From the IMG/VR virus record IMGVR_UViG_3300045988_138852: 35,436 nt of DNA, one strand, 5' to 3'. Shown here piece by piece: positions 34,448 through 35,436 of the stretch. This DNA comes from a virus. Below the pieces are notes generated by a model. The model did no database searches and was not told the origin of the DNA. It saw only the letters and a program-made list of their open reading frames with translations. Positions within the stretch are counted from its first letter, which is position 1; every line of letters begins with the position of its first letter. Position numbers and translations under genes: made by a program.

Positions 34448-34657
34448 ATGAAAGAAGAAAAGAAATTAGTATCAGCGGTAAGACCACGTGGAACTGATGA
34501 GGCCTGCGTAATACAAGTTATAAGGACAAAATCGCTTGTAGGCGCAGGCACTCCTGATGATTTATCTAAAATAATGGTTCAATACTGGGATTTTGAAGGA
34601 AATCTATTGGCTACTTCGTATCACCAGCAAGCTTTCTCGAAACAGGCGGATGCTTAA
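34448..34657 (+). CDS. Hypothetical early protein (69 aa)
   Basis: ATG 34448 after gaaaggaggaggg. Its 3' end overlaps the convergent gene by 47 nt. Confidence 0.45.
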   Translation: MKEEKKLVSAVRPRGTDEACVIQVIRTKSLVGAGTPDDLSKIMVQYWDFEGNLLATSYHQQAFSKQADA

Positions 34658-35309
34658 TCATATATTGAACCTCAATAGACTTTATGAAGATTTCCATGTA
34701 ATTCTTCAGAAGAGCAAAATCGTGTTCGGGATACTTGCGTTTGTAGTGAGTGTAATCATTTCCGAGAATGCGAACAACATCAGCACTATTGGTTAGCGCT
34801 TCGTTAGGTAGATAGCTGGAAATGGCATCAAACAAGGTTTTATTTACGACTTCATCCTCGGGTTTTCCGAGTTCGTGAATAGCAAAGTCCTTTATCAGAA
34901 CCTCAAGTGCAGAACGATAGCCTATAGCAGCAAGCTCTAAAGAACCAGCGAACTCTGACCTTTCGGCTTGATTGTAAATATACATGAACCTTTTGGATAA
35001 AGCTCGTAGGTTGTCGTTATCGAATAGTTCGACATTGGATTCAGGGTAAACAAAAATGTTTTTTGCATCAGTAGGTTCATCTAAACGACGATCTGATATT
35101 GACAGAGTTTGTTTGCCACAATCAGTGCACTTGTACATTCCAACCAAGAACCAACTAGTATCGGATTGAACAACAGCAGATGTAGACAAAATGAAATCAG
35201 TTGAAATTCCACAATGTGGACAAATGATGGGTTTTTCATAACCAAAAGAATAATAAGCCGAGTATTCTGAAGCGGATTTGACAGTGAATTTTTTATAACT
35301 TCTTTTCAT
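34611..35309 (-). CDS. Zinc-ribbon plus DUF4145-like domain protein (defence/abortive-infection candidate)
   Basis: N-terminal CPHC...CTDC. C-terminal helical domain with AIGYRSALEVLIKDF and VRILGNDYTHY (the R..GN...H motif of DUF4145). aaggaga RBS. Confidence 0.7.
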   Translation of the reverse strand: MKRSYKKFTVKSASEYSAYYSFGYEKPIICPHCGISTDFILSTSAVVQSDTSWFLVGMYKCTDCGKQTLSISDRRLDEPTDAKNIFVYPESNVELFDNDNLRALSKRFMYIYNQAERSEFAGSLELAAIGYRSALEVLIKDFAIHELGKPEDEVVNKTLFDAISSYLPNEALTNSADVVRILGNDYTHYKRKYPEHDFALLKNYMEIFIKSIEVQYMIKHPPVSRKLAGDTK

Positions 35310-35342
35310 ATCGTTCTCCTTAAAATAATGGTCTATCTAAAA

Positions 35343-35371
35343 AGTATATCACAGATATGAAGATATGAAGA
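35343..35371 (-). promoter_or_regulatory. Extended -10 promoter for the DUF4145 gene
   Basis: Minus strand tcttca, 17-nt spacer, tg-a-tatact. Contains tgtgatata, the same 9-mer as in the 10401 and 10471 repeats. Confidence 0.4.
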
Positions 35372-35381
35372 GATTAAGAAA

Positions 35382-35436
35382 AAAACAATAGAAAGGAGCC
35401 ACAAAATGAGATTTCCAAACGTGAGAGCGGATGTAA
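35382..35436. repeat. Right copy of the 55-nt terminal direct repeat
   Basis: Identical to bases 1-55. Confidence 0.95.

Noticed and set aside
35382-35436. Terminal repeat as a biological DTR or cos site
   Set aside because: The repeat is exactly 55 nt, bisects a gene start, and shows no cos-like features. An assembly k-mer overlap on a circular molecule is the simpler explanation.
1-35436. CRISPR arrays, rRNA or tRNA genes, transposases/IS elements, reverse transcriptase (DGR/retron)
   Set aside because: I found no regularly spaced direct repeats with unique spacers, no cloverleaf candidates that hold up, and no DDE/RT motifs in any listed ORF. The only repeat clusters are the origin iterons, the operators and the short repeats reported above.

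Overview
The window is a complete, circularly closed genome of a temperate siphovirus-like phage or prophage. Bases 1-55 are identical to 35382-35436, so the unique length is 35,381 bp. Strong AGGAGG ribosome-binding sites, TTG/GTG starts and a GH25 endolysin with three CWB2 wall-binding repeats point to a Gram-positive, probably Clostridia-type host.

Gene order, left to right:
- Early operon: secreted SLT transglycosylase, SMC-like ATPase, PD-(D/E)XK nuclease, SSB, ERCC4 nuclease, CHC2 zinc-finger protein, DUF927-like helicase.
- Iteron-rich putative origin (about 6981-7356).
- Small early genes, orphan Dam-type methylase, DUF551-like, DUF4406-like and MazG-like genes, and a sigma-region-4-like late regulator.
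- A promoter-to-terminator moron cassette (Panacea/DUF4065 protein plus an unassignable 191-aa partner).
- terS, terL, portal, and a MuF-like minor head protein with an AT-rich C-terminal extension followed by a small acidic ORF.
- Scaffold, major capsid, connectors, major tail, chaperones, Com-like zinc finger, tape measure, Dit, Tal-like protein, fibre.
- Membrane protein, holin, endolysin, attP region.
- Lysogeny module on the minus strand: tyrosine integrase, lipoprotein, relic HTH fragment, CI/LexA-like repressor.
- Divergent switch with palindromic operators, Cro-like gene, one small gene, and an antisense zinc-ribbon/DUF4145 gene.

I found no rRNA, tRNA, CRISPR array, transposase or reverse transcriptase.

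The candidates most worth follow-up:
1. The PanA-like protein plus unknown-partner cassette (10635-11773).
2. The MuF C-terminal toxin-like extension plus putative immunity ORF (16354-17137).
3. The antisense Zn-ribbon-DUF4145 gene (34611-35371).
4. A promoter-plus-terminator small-RNA candidate between int and the lipoprotein gene.
5. The Com-like zinc finger next to a hairpin that occludes the tape-measure RBS.

All family assignments come from motif recognition by eye. No database search was run.
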